64,000 nt of DNA from Thecamonas trahens ATCC 50062 (lineage: Eukaryota; Protista; Apusomonadida): positions 523,167 through 587,166 of the forward strand of contig NW_013657677.1 in assembly GCF_000142905.1 (NCBI RefSeq), written 5' to 3'. The notes beneath the pieces were generated by a model that was given only the letters and a program-made list of their open reading frames with translations, ran no database searches and was not told where the DNA came from. This document shows, piece after piece, positions 34,440 to 45,167 of the stretch. Each line of letters begins with the position of its first letter. Positions within the stretch are counted from its first letter, which is position 1. Made by a program: the position numbers and the translations under genes.

Positions 34440-36179
34440 ATGGCAAGTCGGAGCGGGAGCGGGAGCGGGAGTGGGAGCGGGAGCAGGAAAGGGGAAGACA
34501 ACGACGACGACGGAACGGGCGCGTCGGGGGTCGGCGCGGCGCTTGCGGGGCGGATGGCGCTCAACACAAACAAGGCTGGGATGGGCAAGGTCGATGCTGA
34601 GGCGGTCAACAAGATCATTATGTCTATGTCCGAGGGCTCGCGGTATCTAGAGGCTGAGAAGGAGCGGCACGCCCGGACGGCAGTGCGCATTGCCGACATG
34701 AAGGCGCGGGCGAGCAAGATCGGAGCGGTGCAGCGGGCCGGCATGGCGCGCAAGGCAGCAGTCATGCTAGAGGCGCTGGAGGCTGAGCGCGAGCTGGGCA
34801 CGACCATGGTTCTTGTCGACATGGACATGTTCTACGCCGCCATCGAGGAGCGCGACAACCCAGAGCTCCGCGGCAAGCCGATGGCGGTCGGCGGCATGTC
34901 GATGATCTCCACCTCCAACTACGTGGCGCGCCAGTATGGCGTCCGCGCGGCCATGCCGGGCTACATCGGCAAGGCGCTTTGTCCAGAGCTGATTCTGGTC
35001 AAGTCGCACTTTGACAAGTACAAGGCCGCCGCCGCCACCATCCGCGGCATCCTCGCCGAGTATGACGAGCACGTCCAGGCCGTCTCGCTCGACGAAGCGT
35101 ACGTAGACATCACCGCCCGCGTGAAGGCGGTCATGGATGCCACAGGCAGTAGCCACGAGATCGCAGCAGGTGGCGTTGTTGCCGAGATGCGGCAGAGGAT
35201 TTTCGACGCGACACACCTGACGGCGTCAGCAGGCACCGGGCCCAACAAGCTGGTGGCCAAGATCGCGGCCGACATGAACAAGCCCAATGGGCAGACGTAT
35301 GTGGCACCAGACCGCGATGCTGTGCTCTCATTTATGGCGCGGCTCCCGGTCCGCAAAGTACCCGGCATCGGCAAGGTCACGGCCCAAGTGCTTGACGCGC
35401 TTGGTGTGCGGACGTGTGCGGACGTGCTCGGCGAGCGCCGCGGCGAGCTCCTGCTCTTGTTCTCGGCCAAGTCGTCGCGGTTCTTCTTTCGCGCTGCGCT
35501 TGGCCTCGGCTCGGGCTCGTCAACTACCACAGACGTTGTTCGCGTCCGCAAGTCAATCGGCCACGAGCGAACCTTTGGCGCAGTCTCAGCCCGCAACCAG
35601 CTCGTGGCCAAGCTCTCGTCGCTGGCCGGCATGGTTGTCCGCGACATGCAGGCCAAGAGCCTCAAAGGTGCGACGGTGGTACTCAAGCTCAAGACTACGG
35701 CGTTCAAGGTCATCTCGCGGTCGACAACGCTCCGTGCGCCGACCGACGCCTTTGACGATGTCTACGGCGCTGCTGTCGCCATGCTCCACGAAGAGCTCCC
35801 GCTCACGCTTCGCCTCATGGGCATTCGCATGACTGGTCTTGTCGACGCCCGCTCGGCCTCACTTCGCGACCACCTTGTCCGCGCTTCCGCCGCTCCGCTT
35901 CTCCCGCCGCTCGACTGCCCAGTCTGCTCTGCGCAGCTGCGGATCTCGACCGCTGCCATGAGCGCGCACGTCGAGGCATGTCTCGAGGGTGTCACCGAGG
36001 ACGCAGCCGCCAAGGCTGCTGCTGGCTCAGCTAAGGCCGGGCCTGCGGCCACGCTTGACACCTTTTTCGCGCACGCGCCTTTGCCACATCGAGCATCACG
36101 CGCCCGACGGCGAAAGAAGCCGCGGCGGCAGAGGAAGCAGGGCGCAAGCGCGGCTGGACAAGTCATTGTGCTCGACTGA
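34440..36179 (+). CDS. POLK: DNA polymerase kappa (Y family, DinB-like)
   Basis: NKAGM N-clasp, VDMDMFYAAIE, STSNYVAR, SLDEAYVD, DMNKPNGQ, RKSIGHERTF, a UBZ (CPVC..HVEAC) and a PIP-like TLDTFF. Confidence 0.96.
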   Translation: MASRSGSGSGSGSGSRKGEDNDDDGTGASGVGAALAGRMALNTNKAGMGKVDAEAVNKIIMSMSEGSRYLEAEKERHARTAVRIADMKARASKIGAVQRAGMARKAAVMLEALEAERELGTTMVLVDMDMFYAAIEERDNPELRGKPMAVGGMSMISTSNYVARQYGVRAAMPGYIGKALCPELILVKSHFDKYKAAAATIRGILAEYDEHVQAVSLDEAYVDITARVKAVMDATGSSHEIAAGGVVAEMRQRIFDATHLTASAGTGPNKLVAKIAADMNKPNGQTYVAPDRDAVLSFMARLPVRKVPGIGKVTAQVLDALGVRTCADVLGERRGELLLLFSAKSSRFFFRAALGLGSGSSTTTDVVRVRKSIGHERTFGAVSARNQLVAKLSSLAGMVVRDMQAKSLKGATVVLKLKTTAFKVISRSTTLRAPTDAFDDVYGAAVAMLHEELPLTLRLMGIRMTGLVDARSASLRDHLVRASAAPLLPPLDCPVCSAQLRISTAAMSAHVEACLEGVTEDAAAKAAAGSAKAGPAATLDTFFAHAPLPHRASRARRRKKPRRQRKQGASAAGQVIVLD

Positions 36180-36197
36180 GTGCGGCGCTGCGTTCGC

Positions 36198-36626
36198 TCA
36201 ATAGCGGTAGCGGGTCGAGTAGTCGATAGGCGAGACGGCAAGGCCCTTGCCCTGTGTAGCGGCCACGTAGACGGCCTCGATGATGGAGATGAGATCGTCC
36301 TCGTCCTCGATGAGAAAGTTGATCTTGTTGTTGTTGCCCGACGAGACGTCGACGAGGATGTGGCGGTTGCGGTAGAAGAACATGATGGTGCACGAGTCAA
36401 CGAGCTCGTACATGACGGTAAACTCGGGAACCTCAGAGATGTCGACGACATAGATGACAGCAAACTTGGAGACCTTGTCGGCAATCCTGGCCAGGATCTC
36501 GTCCTGAGCCATGCACTCGGGCGACCAGTCGTGACCCCATCGGATAATGACCACCTTCTCCTCTTCGGTCACAATGGCCTGGTCCACAGCCCACCCAGAC
36601 CCGAGGTGCGGGAGCATGTACGACAT
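36198..36626 (-). CDS. TXNL4A: U5 snRNP protein Dim1/TXNL4A
   Basis: MSYMLPHL..GWAVDQAI..EEKVVIIRWGHDW through GKGLAVSPIDYSTRYRY. Confidence 0.97.
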   Translation of the reverse strand: MSYMLPHLGSGWAVDQAIVTEEEKVVIIRWGHDWSPECMAQDEILARIADKVSKFAVIYVVDISEVPEFTVMYELVDSCTIMFFYRNRHILVDVSSGNNNKINFLIEDEDDLISIIEAVYVAATQGKGLAVSPIDYSTRYRY

Positions 36627-36853
36627 GGCTCACGCGGGAGGGAAGAGTCGAGTGTGGCGGGTCTCTCTCCGTGTGCCGCGACGGTGGTGGTGGTGGTGGT
36701 GGTGGTGGTGGCGGCCGCGGCGAGTGGCCCGAGTCGCGTTCAATGGCACCCGAGCTGCCTGCCGCCTCCCACTACACGTCTGCCAATATGGCAGCAAAAC
36801 AGGTGGGTGACGCTTGCCTTTTACGCGGCTGAGCGGTTTAACACTTGTTGCAT

Positions 36854-38465
36854 CTAGTGGTGCTGGGGTGATGAGGCCATGATGGCGGCGTCAAAGGCCG
36901 GGATCGAGGACGTGAGCGAGGGCGACATGGCGACATCGGTGTACTGTGCGCCGGACGCGGCAAACCGCGGAATGCGCCAGTGGCTCGATGGCACCGTACC
37001 GTCGAGTTCGGACGCGGGCTGGGTGTAGAGCAGCGAACCGCCCTGCGGTGGATCTGCGGGGTATGCCGGCCAGGCGTAGCGGCGCGCGGGAGAGGCTCCT
37101 GGGTATCGAACAGGCGAAGCTGCAGGCGACAGCGGTGGGCGTGGCGACGGCGGCGGCGGCGGCAGCGGGTCAGCCCCGAGCTGGGCTGACGAGTTCTGTG
37201 CAGCGCGCCGTGCGGCGCGGAGCTCCGCCATCTTGGCAGCCACTTGCTCATCGACTCGCGATCGGCATCGACCTGCTGTGCCGGGCGACGGGGTTGTGTC
37301 GGCGGCGACCGACGATGTGGCCACCGCCGCCACCGACGCCGCAGCGGCAGCATCGGCTTGCCGATGGGCAAGCGACGCCGCGAGCGAGGTAGCGACTGGC
37401 GCGGGGGCTACAGTATTGAGTTGGGCGAGCAAGACTGAGCGGAGCTCGGCTTGCGCGTCTGCCATCGCCGACTTTGCTTCCGCCGACGCGGCCGGGAGCG
37501 CGGCAAAGGTCGCTACCGCAGCAGTGCGGCTGGCGCCATCAGCCGAGAGCCGGGCCCGGGCGTGCGCGGCGCCGGCGGCTCTGCTCTCGGCCACCTCTTC
37601 CCTCACACGCCGCTCCCATGCGGCTGCGCGCAACGATCCCTCGCCTGCGCTGCCATTCTGAGCCACCAACGCCCGCAGCAGCGCCACAATTTCCTCCTGG
37701 GTCTCGCGCATCTGTGACTTGGCCGGTGATGGCAGAGGTGGGGGTGACGGAGACGGCGTCTTTGGGCGCGGTGAAGGCGACTTGCGTCGGCTCGGTGATG
37801 GTGAACGCCGCCGAGGGGGCGACGGTGAACTCGGCTTGGGCAGCGTCGAGGACTCGACTGTGGCCTCCACCTGCGGCACCACGGCCACACCCCGGATCCT
37901 TGCCTGACGCATCCGCCGCTCCCTCGCAGCACGCGCCACGCGTTCTCTGTGCGACAACTGCGACTTGCGTTCTGCAAAGATAATGAGTAGCGATTCGTTG
38001 GCCAGAAGGGAGAGGTGCGGAGGGAGACAGCCCCCGAAAAAAAACCCGCTCCTCGCCAGCTGCATGCACCGTTGGCGCCAAGGACAGGCGAGTGACTACC
38101 AGCGAGGACGGGGGAGAGGGGGAGAGGACGGGGACGGGGAGGAGGTACGTACGCTCACGGAGAGCAGCCTTCTTGGCAGCGAGCTCGTTCTCGTAGGCGA
38201 CATAGGTTCGTGTGTAGTGGCGCGAGGCAGTGCCGGCAGAGAGGGTGAGCGGGACCGAGGTACGGCGCGGTGCAAAGAGCGGCGTCTCTCGGGCGACCGA
38301 GCCGTCTCGGCCGAGGCGGGCAACCTTGAGGCGGGAGCGCCTACGCGTGCGATCCGGGTGGTAGCCACTGCGGGTGCTCTCTCGTGCGGCTGCTCTCCGC
38401 ATCCGTGCTTCGGCTATCAGTCGGGCTTCCAGCCCGCTTTGCGTCTCACCAGCTTTGGTCGCCAT
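36854..38465 (-). CDS. Hypothetical coiled-coil/Pro-rich protein; exons 38465-38153 and 37971-36854
   Basis: A GTACGT..TACTCAT..TTTGCAG intron (37972-38152) joins two ORFs in frame. Confidence 0.6.
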
Positions 38466-38575
38466 GACCACTTCCCGGCCCGCAGAGTGAGGTGCGGCGA
38501 CTTGGCGAGTTGGTCCTCCTCGGCCCCGCTTGGCCTTGACTCGCCGACTAGGTGGAGGGGGGGATCTTTACAACG

Positions 38576-39274
38576 CTACGCCATGCCGTACTTGCGGCGG
38601 AGCTCTTCGACTGAAAGGCGCGCCTCCTCATTGAGATCATTGAGCTCGGCGGCAACGTCCTCGGCAGCGAGATCGGCCTCGGCCTCGGCGATGCCGGTTT
38701 CATCGTCGAGCTCATGATCGTCAACAAACTCTTCGTCCTCATCGTACTCTTCGGCATCGTCGTCGCTCTTGCCGTCGCTGTCGTCGTCGTTGATGTGAGC
38801 CTCGGCCATGGCTGCGTAGCGCGCACGGAGCACCTCGATGGGGATGTTGGCCTCGTCCTCCAGGCCCTTGATCTCGTCCTCCCCTCCGAGCCCGCCGAGC
38901 GCCTCTTCAGCGGCGATGCCCGACTCATCGTCCACCTCATTGTCCGCCACAAACTCGTCGTCGTCGTCATCATCGTCATCATTGCCATTGCTCCGATCGA
39001 GCCCGCGGCCGTCGAGCGCCTTTGCCTTCTTTTTGCCCTTGTCCTTGTCCTTTGCCTTTTTCTTGCCCTTGTCCTTGCTCTTGCTCTTGCCCTTGTCCTT
39101 CTCCTTACCCTTGCCCTTGCTCTTGCTCTTGCTCTTGCTCTTGCTCTTGTCCTTGCCCTTGCCCTTGTTTTTGCCCTTGCCCTTGTCCTCGCCCTCGTCA
39201 TCGCTGTACGAGTACGAGTACGAGTACGTATACTCGTCGTCGTCGCCGTCGCTCCCGTGCTTGCGCTTGCTCAT
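38576..39274 (-). CDS. Small acidic/Lys-rich nuclear protein with two MIER1/SWR1-like acidic repeats
   Basis: NLS KRKH, YS repeat, KG/KS tract, and two copies of DDE[ST]GIA..E....E...L.[DE]EA.[IL][PS][IV]E.LR.[RK]Y. Confidence 0.7.
   Translation of the reverse strand: MSKRKHGSDGDDDEYTYSYSYSYSDDEGEDKGKGKNKGKGKDKSKSKSKSKSKGKGKEKDKGKSKSKDKGKKKAKDKDKGKKKAKALDGRGLDRSNGNDDDDDDDDEFVADNEVDDESGIAAEEALGGLGGEDEIKGLEDEANIPIEVLRARYAAMAEAHINDDDSDGKSDDDAEEYDEDEEFVDDHELDDETGIAEAEADLAAEDVAAELNDLNEEARLSVEELRRKYGMA
39020..39190. repeat. Coding hexamer repeat (TTGCCC/TTGCTC)n encoding a KG/KS tract
   Basis: Directly visible. Confidence 0.9.
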
Positions 39275-39842
39275 CCTCGGCGCAGGTGTAGAGTGGTGTG
39301 CCGGGTGTGTCGGTGCCTCGGCGTGTTGACCGCCGTCGACTCGTCGCCGCACACTCTGTGGCCGCTGCATGTGTCACCCGATGTGGCTGCCATTGTGAAC
39401 CCAGCGTCCGCCAGTCACTGTAGTTGTAGCTTGTTGCCATAGCCATCGCTTCAACCATCGTCATTGTCGTCATTATCGCTATCGCCATCGCCAACGCCAT
39501 CGCCATCGCCAACCTACGCCTGTGGATCGATCCAGCCGCGCTCGATGGCCGCTCCCGATGGCCGCTCTCGATGGTCACTTAGGTATGGTAGACACACTCA
39601 CCCCCAAGTGATAACACACATCATGACCATCATAGGTGGCGTGGACCATCCCCACAACATCGGGACGTTGCCAACTGACATTGCCACACCATTCATTTGG
39701 CGAGTAATGCCGTGACATGCGCACGTCACCGAGTTGGCGCCACCCGGGCGAGGAGCAAGCAGAGCAGACTGGGCGGACAGGGCGGGAAGAGGGACAGGTA
39801 CAGAGCACACCACACTCCACTACACCACCGCTACATCTCCAA

Positions 39843-39925
39843 CCACCTCCACCACCACCACCACCACCACCACCACCACCGCACACCCTTGCCCATCAGC
39901 GCACACCCTTGCCCATCAGCGCACA
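39843..39925. repeat. (CAC)n tract plus a 20-bp tandem duplication GCACACCCTTGCCCATCAGC
   Basis: Directly visible. Confidence 0.85.
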
Positions 39926-40075
39926 CACACACACACGCACCACCACACCCTTGGCCTCCACCACCCACCCACCACCACCACCCCGAGCCTGCATACATCG
40001 CATCACATCACATCACACACACATCACACACGCATACATACATATCACGTCGACGAGGAATACATACTGGAATCG

Positions 40076-41002
40076 ATGTCAGGAAGAGAGGCCAGCGAGT
40101 CGAGGTCGAGCAGGAGAGTGCGGAGCAAGAAGGAGAAGGACAAGGCAAAGGGCCGCAACTACAAGGCAGAGTACGCAGAGGCAAAGAAGGCGTACGACCA
40201 GCTCAAGGCAAAGTATCTGGACTTGCTGGCTTCGGTCGGTGACGGGGAGGCCAAGCAAGCCCGGAGCGAACAGGCCCATGGAGACGATGGGGCAAACGGG
40301 GCAGAGCGGATCCGCGAGGGCCTCGCTGCGAGGACGGAGGCGCTGCAGCTGAAGCGCGAGAATGCGGCGCTGGTTGCTCGTGTCGCTGCGCTCGAGACGG
40401 AACTCGCCGCAGAGGCCTCGCACAAGGCCAAGGTGCTGAAGGAGCGCGACGAGCTCGAGGTCCAGACCCGCGAGCTGGAGGCCTCCATGTCGGCCTCGAT
40501 GGAGTCGGTGGCCTCGCTCTCGGCCACCATGCGCCAGGTTGCCCCGCTTGTCGAGGAGCTCGAAGGCCTCAAGGTCACTCACTCGAAGCTCCTCAAGTCA
40601 CACTCCAAAGTCCGGCGCCGCCTGGAGAAGAAGCAGAACCAGCTGCAGCTGCTGCGCGCCGAACTGGAGGCGCTCGACGCCCGCGACGCACCCGAAGCCG
40701 GCTCGCCCGCCCGCGTCAAGATGGCGGCGGCTGTTGCCGCAGCCTCAGCCGGCGACGCCCCGCAGGCGATTGCCGACGAGCTGTTGGCGCTCCCGGTTGT
40801 CGCTGCGGCCATCGAGCGCGCCTCGATGATGGCCAAGATCTCGTGCACCATGAAGTCGGTCGAGACCGAGGCTCTCTTGCTAGCCACTATGGACGAGCTC
40901 AACGAACTTAAGGTCCAGATGCGCCAGCTCGCCGAGCTCAACAACGAGCTCAACGCCGAGAACATTGCCCTCCTCAGCCGCATCACGTCCCCGCGCCAAT
41001 AA
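40076..41002 (+). CDS. Coiled-coil protein of unknown function
   Basis: Long heptad-rich E/K/A/L ORF with ATG at 40076. Confidence 0.65.
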   Translation: MSGREASESRSSRRVRSKKEKDKAKGRNYKAEYAEAKKAYDQLKAKYLDLLASVGDGEAKQARSEQAHGDDGANGAERIREGLAARTEALQLKRENAALVARVAALETELAAEASHKAKVLKERDELEVQTRELEASMSASMESVASLSATMRQVAPLVEELEGLKVTHSKLLKSHSKVRRRLEKKQNQLQLLRAELEALDARDAPEAGSPARVKMAAAVAAASAGDAPQAIADELLALPVVAAAIERASMMAKISCTMKSVETEALLLATMDELNELKVQMRQLAELNNELNAENIALLSRITSPRQ

Positions 41003-41014
41003 CAGCACTCTGCT

Positions 41015-42720
41015 TTACTCGCCACTCCCACTAGCCTGCTGCAGGCCCGATGCCCACGACACGGTCGGCACCGACGCGCCAGCCGCAACCGGTGCCCGCA
41101 TGGGACGACTGCCGCCACCGCCCGGCACCGGCCGCGGCCGTGCTCCGCTGAGCGTCGACCCGTACTCGGGAAACCGCTCTGCCGATCCACCGCCGAACCC
41201 ACGCCCCGGCCGGATGGCCGCCTGCGGCTGCAGCAGCGATTGCTCATGGGCGCGCAGCCGCTCCGCCGATGCAATACCGCGCCGCGACCGCTTCTTGGCC
41301 CGCCGCGTCCGCTTGCGCCGGATGTACCACTTGGACCGCCGGCACATGATGATGAGCGGAATGGCGAGGGCAACAACGCACACCGCGAGCACCACGATGA
41401 CCACAGAGAGAATAAGCCGGAACGCCGGCGGCGGCGGCGGCCCTTGTGTGGGCGAGACCGGGAAGATCGGCGGCGGCGGCGGCGGCTTTGGTGCTGACGG
41501 CGGCGGCGGCGACGTTGGTGGCGGCGGCAGATTTCCGAGCTTGAAAATCGAAAACTGGGGCATGATGCCGCGCTCGTTTCGGCACTGAGTCACCATAAAG
41601 GTGTCCCACGAGGCCACCAGCGTGGCGTTGCACTCGTCAAACACCTGCGCCGTCCCAAGGTACGGCAGCATCTGGGTCCGGGTCACTGTCGCCGCCGCCG
41701 GCTGGACCGCGTAGTAAAACACGCCCCCGGTCTTGGCTGCCGCTGTCGCGGCCAAATCGTAGTCGAGGATCGAGTCGTCAAGCCGACGCTGAAGAACGGA
41801 AAATGCATAGATTTCGATGCCATCGACCCAGAGCACCTGCCCGCTCTCGCCCGAGTTGTACACACTGAGCGTCCGCGGCGTAAATTGGGCGCCATTGACA
41901 GGGCCGAGGTACTGCAGGGCCTTAAAGTCATCAAGCAGGATGTGGCCGAGCTCGGGGCCTTCGGACGCCTCGCACGCCGCAATGACTGTTGCGTACTCGT
42001 TGTCGATCGAGGCCGCAATGAACTTGGGAATTGGCGCAGCATCAATAACTGTCACGTCCGACGTATCGTGGTCCACGCTCAACAACGTCGCCTTGTACTC
42101 GCTCATCAACACCAGCCGCGAACCGTTGGCTGTGATGAGCACGTCCTCGGGCTTGGCCACGTCGGACTGAGGCACGGTCTTGCCCACCATCGACATCGAG
42201 TACAGGTCCAGGACCACAAACGAGAGCCGCCCAACAGCCTCGCCAGTCACCGGATCCAGCCTTCCATCGGTGGCCGGCGCCCATGCGAGCTGAATGAGGG
42301 CCCGACCCGCGTTGAGGATGATAACCCGCTCCATGTCGCCGAGAAAGACAAACGAGTTGACCGACGCTAGCGTCCTTCCATCGAGCTGATACAGCACGTC
42401 CGGGTACAAGACGTAGATGCTGGGCTCGGAGCCCGGGAGCAGTACGTCCTTCCCACCTGAATGTCCACCGCCTCGAACCGCTCCGGGTTCGCCGGCTTGG
42501 TGATCATTCCGAACGGTGGTATCGAGCTATGTGGCGTTGGCGATGGCGACGATGGCGGCGACGACGTCATTAGTGGCGACGGTGATGCGACTTGGTCCCT
42601 CTCGTCTGCTACAGTCGCTCTCTGACCCGCGGCCGCGGCAATGGGGACGGCTAAGGCAAAGGCGAGGGCGAGGGCAAGGGCGAGGGCCAGTCCCTGTCGG
42701 CTTGGTCGTCGACCGTGCAT
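41015..42720 (-). CDS. Type I membrane protein: signal peptide, beta-rich ectodomain, poly-Pro stalk, TM, basic tail (frameshift near 42450)
   Basis: ORF 42367..42720 provides the LALALALA signal peptide. It joins 41015..42409 with one added base. Confidence 0.6.
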
Positions 42721-43186
42721 GGGGGTAAGGGGGGGAGGGGGGAGGGGGAGGAGGGAGGGGAGAGAGGTGGGAAGGGGGGGGGAAGGAGAGGGGAGAGTGT
42801 TGTCTGCGTGCGCAGACGAGGAAGGGGGTGGGTGTCACACGTGCTTGTCATTTGGCCTGAACTTGGCCATTTGGCAAAGAGGCCGAGTAGCAAAGCGATG
42901 GCAGTGGCAAGGGCAAGTAGATGACCTCGTCGTCGCCTTCAAGGATGCTCCGATGGAGCTCGACATGCCGCTGGGGGAACGCTGTTGTGGACCGCGCCCG
43001 AGGTGTTGGCCACGACGGTCGCGTTAGCATGATCAAATCATGTGGGGAAGGGGGGGGGGGGGGAAAGAGGAGATGTAGATGTGTGAGAGGAGAGAGTTGA
43101 CAATGACTTTGTACATACTGGCGTGAGCGTTCGAGCTCGTCGATCACTTTGAACTGGGAGGGGTTCGGGAGCACGACGAAACATGC

Positions 43187-45083
43187 TCACGCAAACGGAT
43201 CGTTGAGGTTACGACCCTTGGTGTCCGTCTCGTCAAGGCCAGTAAAGGTGAAGCGCGACTTCTTGCCCGATGCAGCCTCCTTGTTGAGCTCGTCGCCCAT
43301 GAGGTTGTCGGCCTCGATGTTCTTACGGTAGCGGCGGTAGAGTAAGATGGCTGCGATGACGCAGCCGATGCAGCAGACGCCTGCGACGGCGAGCGAGGAG
43401 ATGAGGATGACCTTGCCGCGGATGGACTTGACCGGCGCCGGCGGCGAGGGCAGGACATAGTTGCACTTGTTGGCCGAGCACGAGGAGGTGTAGCCGTCGG
43501 CCGGGGTAAAGTCGAGGGTGCAGTCGGCGTTTGTGGTGCAGTCGACGCACTCACCGGCCTGGCAGACCTTGTGCAGGCCGCACACCGGACTGCATGGGCT
43601 GTCGTAGTACGGCGCGCCCGAGCGCGGGGCCGGTAGCTCGGTAATGTTGCCGGGCGAGTACTTGCAAAGGAGGAGGCCGCCGTTGTTGGCGTCGCAGTTA
43701 CTCACTGAGCCAGGCTGATCAAAGATGCCGCAGGGAATCGACGTGGTGCACTCGATGCAGTTGCCCGAAGCCACACAGGTGTAGCGCCCACATCGCTCGT
43801 CCGAGCATGCGCCATCAGTCACCATGGTGTCGTTGACCATCGAGTTATCCGCGTCGTAGGTGGGGACCCAGGCAAAGGGCCGCGCGCCGGTGCCGACAGC
43901 CGAGCCCTCAGCATCTGTCTCACCCATGGCCACCCGGGCCGGCACAGGCTGCGCGCCGCGGAGCGCGATGGGCTGGCGGCCCTCGAGCCGGCCGACAACA
44001 TAGTTAAAGTCATTGAGCGCCGGCTCGTCGCACGGAAAGATGACCTGCTTCTCAAACGCCTCGCAGTCGACGCGCTCCAGGGGGCCGCTCTTGGCCTCGC
44101 CGGCGTTGTACAGCGGCGTGTATGACATCAAGACCGAAAAGGCAATAAAAGGCACCTCGCGCTCGTAGTCGTAGATGTAGTCGCGGGTGTTGAACGAGGT
44201 GACCTCGGCCCGGAAGCCCGCCACCGTCGACGCGTTGAATGTGTCGCCAACCATCGAAGGCTGGGTCGTTGTCGCCAGCAGCGAGACCTCCTCCGATGCT
44301 GCAAAGGTAAACTCAGGCAGCCGGCGGAGCGTCGCGCCAGTGTCGACATCGCGGATCACCACCCACGCATTGACAACCTTGGCCTCGAGGAACGCCATTT
44401 CGGCCGAGATCGGGTTCGTCTCGCCGGTGAGCACCTTTCCATTTCGCGGTCGACGGCCAGCGCCACCGAGCATGTCTTGGCCGCTGTGATGTCTTCCAGA
44501 GTAGCTTCGACATAGAGAACGGACGGAAAGCTGGTTTCAAGACACCTCGTGAGTCTGACAGAGGAGTGGCAGGCTGACGGCCGTGCCGTTGCCCGAAAAA
44601 AAAAAAGGAGCTCACAGGCTCACCCTCGAGCGAATTGCATTGGCTGACTTTTGCAGCGGGCACGCGCCGAGAGGGACTTGGCGAGGACGGGAAGAGCGGG
44701 GAGGATGAGGATGGGAGAGAGGAAGAAAGGTAAGGTGGAGAGGGGGGAGGGGGGGAGGGGGAGGAGGGGAGGGGGAGAGGGGGGAGGGGAGGGGAACGTC
44801 GTGTTGTGCTGGTGTAGGCGGACTAGGGGCGGGAGGGGGAGGGGGAGCGGAGAGAGCACAGCGACAGGACGTACTTGTACTGGCAGACGGGATAGTCGGC
44901 AAGGGTGCGCGAGTTGTTGAGGCACTTGGAGAGGCCATTGTCTTCGGAAAAGAAGCGCGGCTTGGGAACAACCAGCTTCCGGAACTCGTTGAGCGGCTCC
45001 AGCGGCTTGGTGATGGGGTAGGGACAGGCGGAAGCAAGCGCCATGGCGAGTCCAAGGACCACCAGCGTCGTGCAAGCCTTCAT
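43187..45083 (-). CDS. Type I membrane protein with Cys-rich repeats; multi-exon, 5' structure uncertain
   Basis: Signal-peptide exon 45083-44875 ending at a GTACGT donor. Main ORF 43187..44473 has CQAGECVDCTTNADC repeats, a TM and a cytoplasmic tail ending DPFA. Confidence 0.6.
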
Positions 45084-45167
45084 TCGTCGGAAAAGAATGA
45101 GTCGAGTGAACGACAGTTGGTGGCAGAATGGCGGCGGCTGGGGAAAGAGGAAACTCGATGGAGACCG

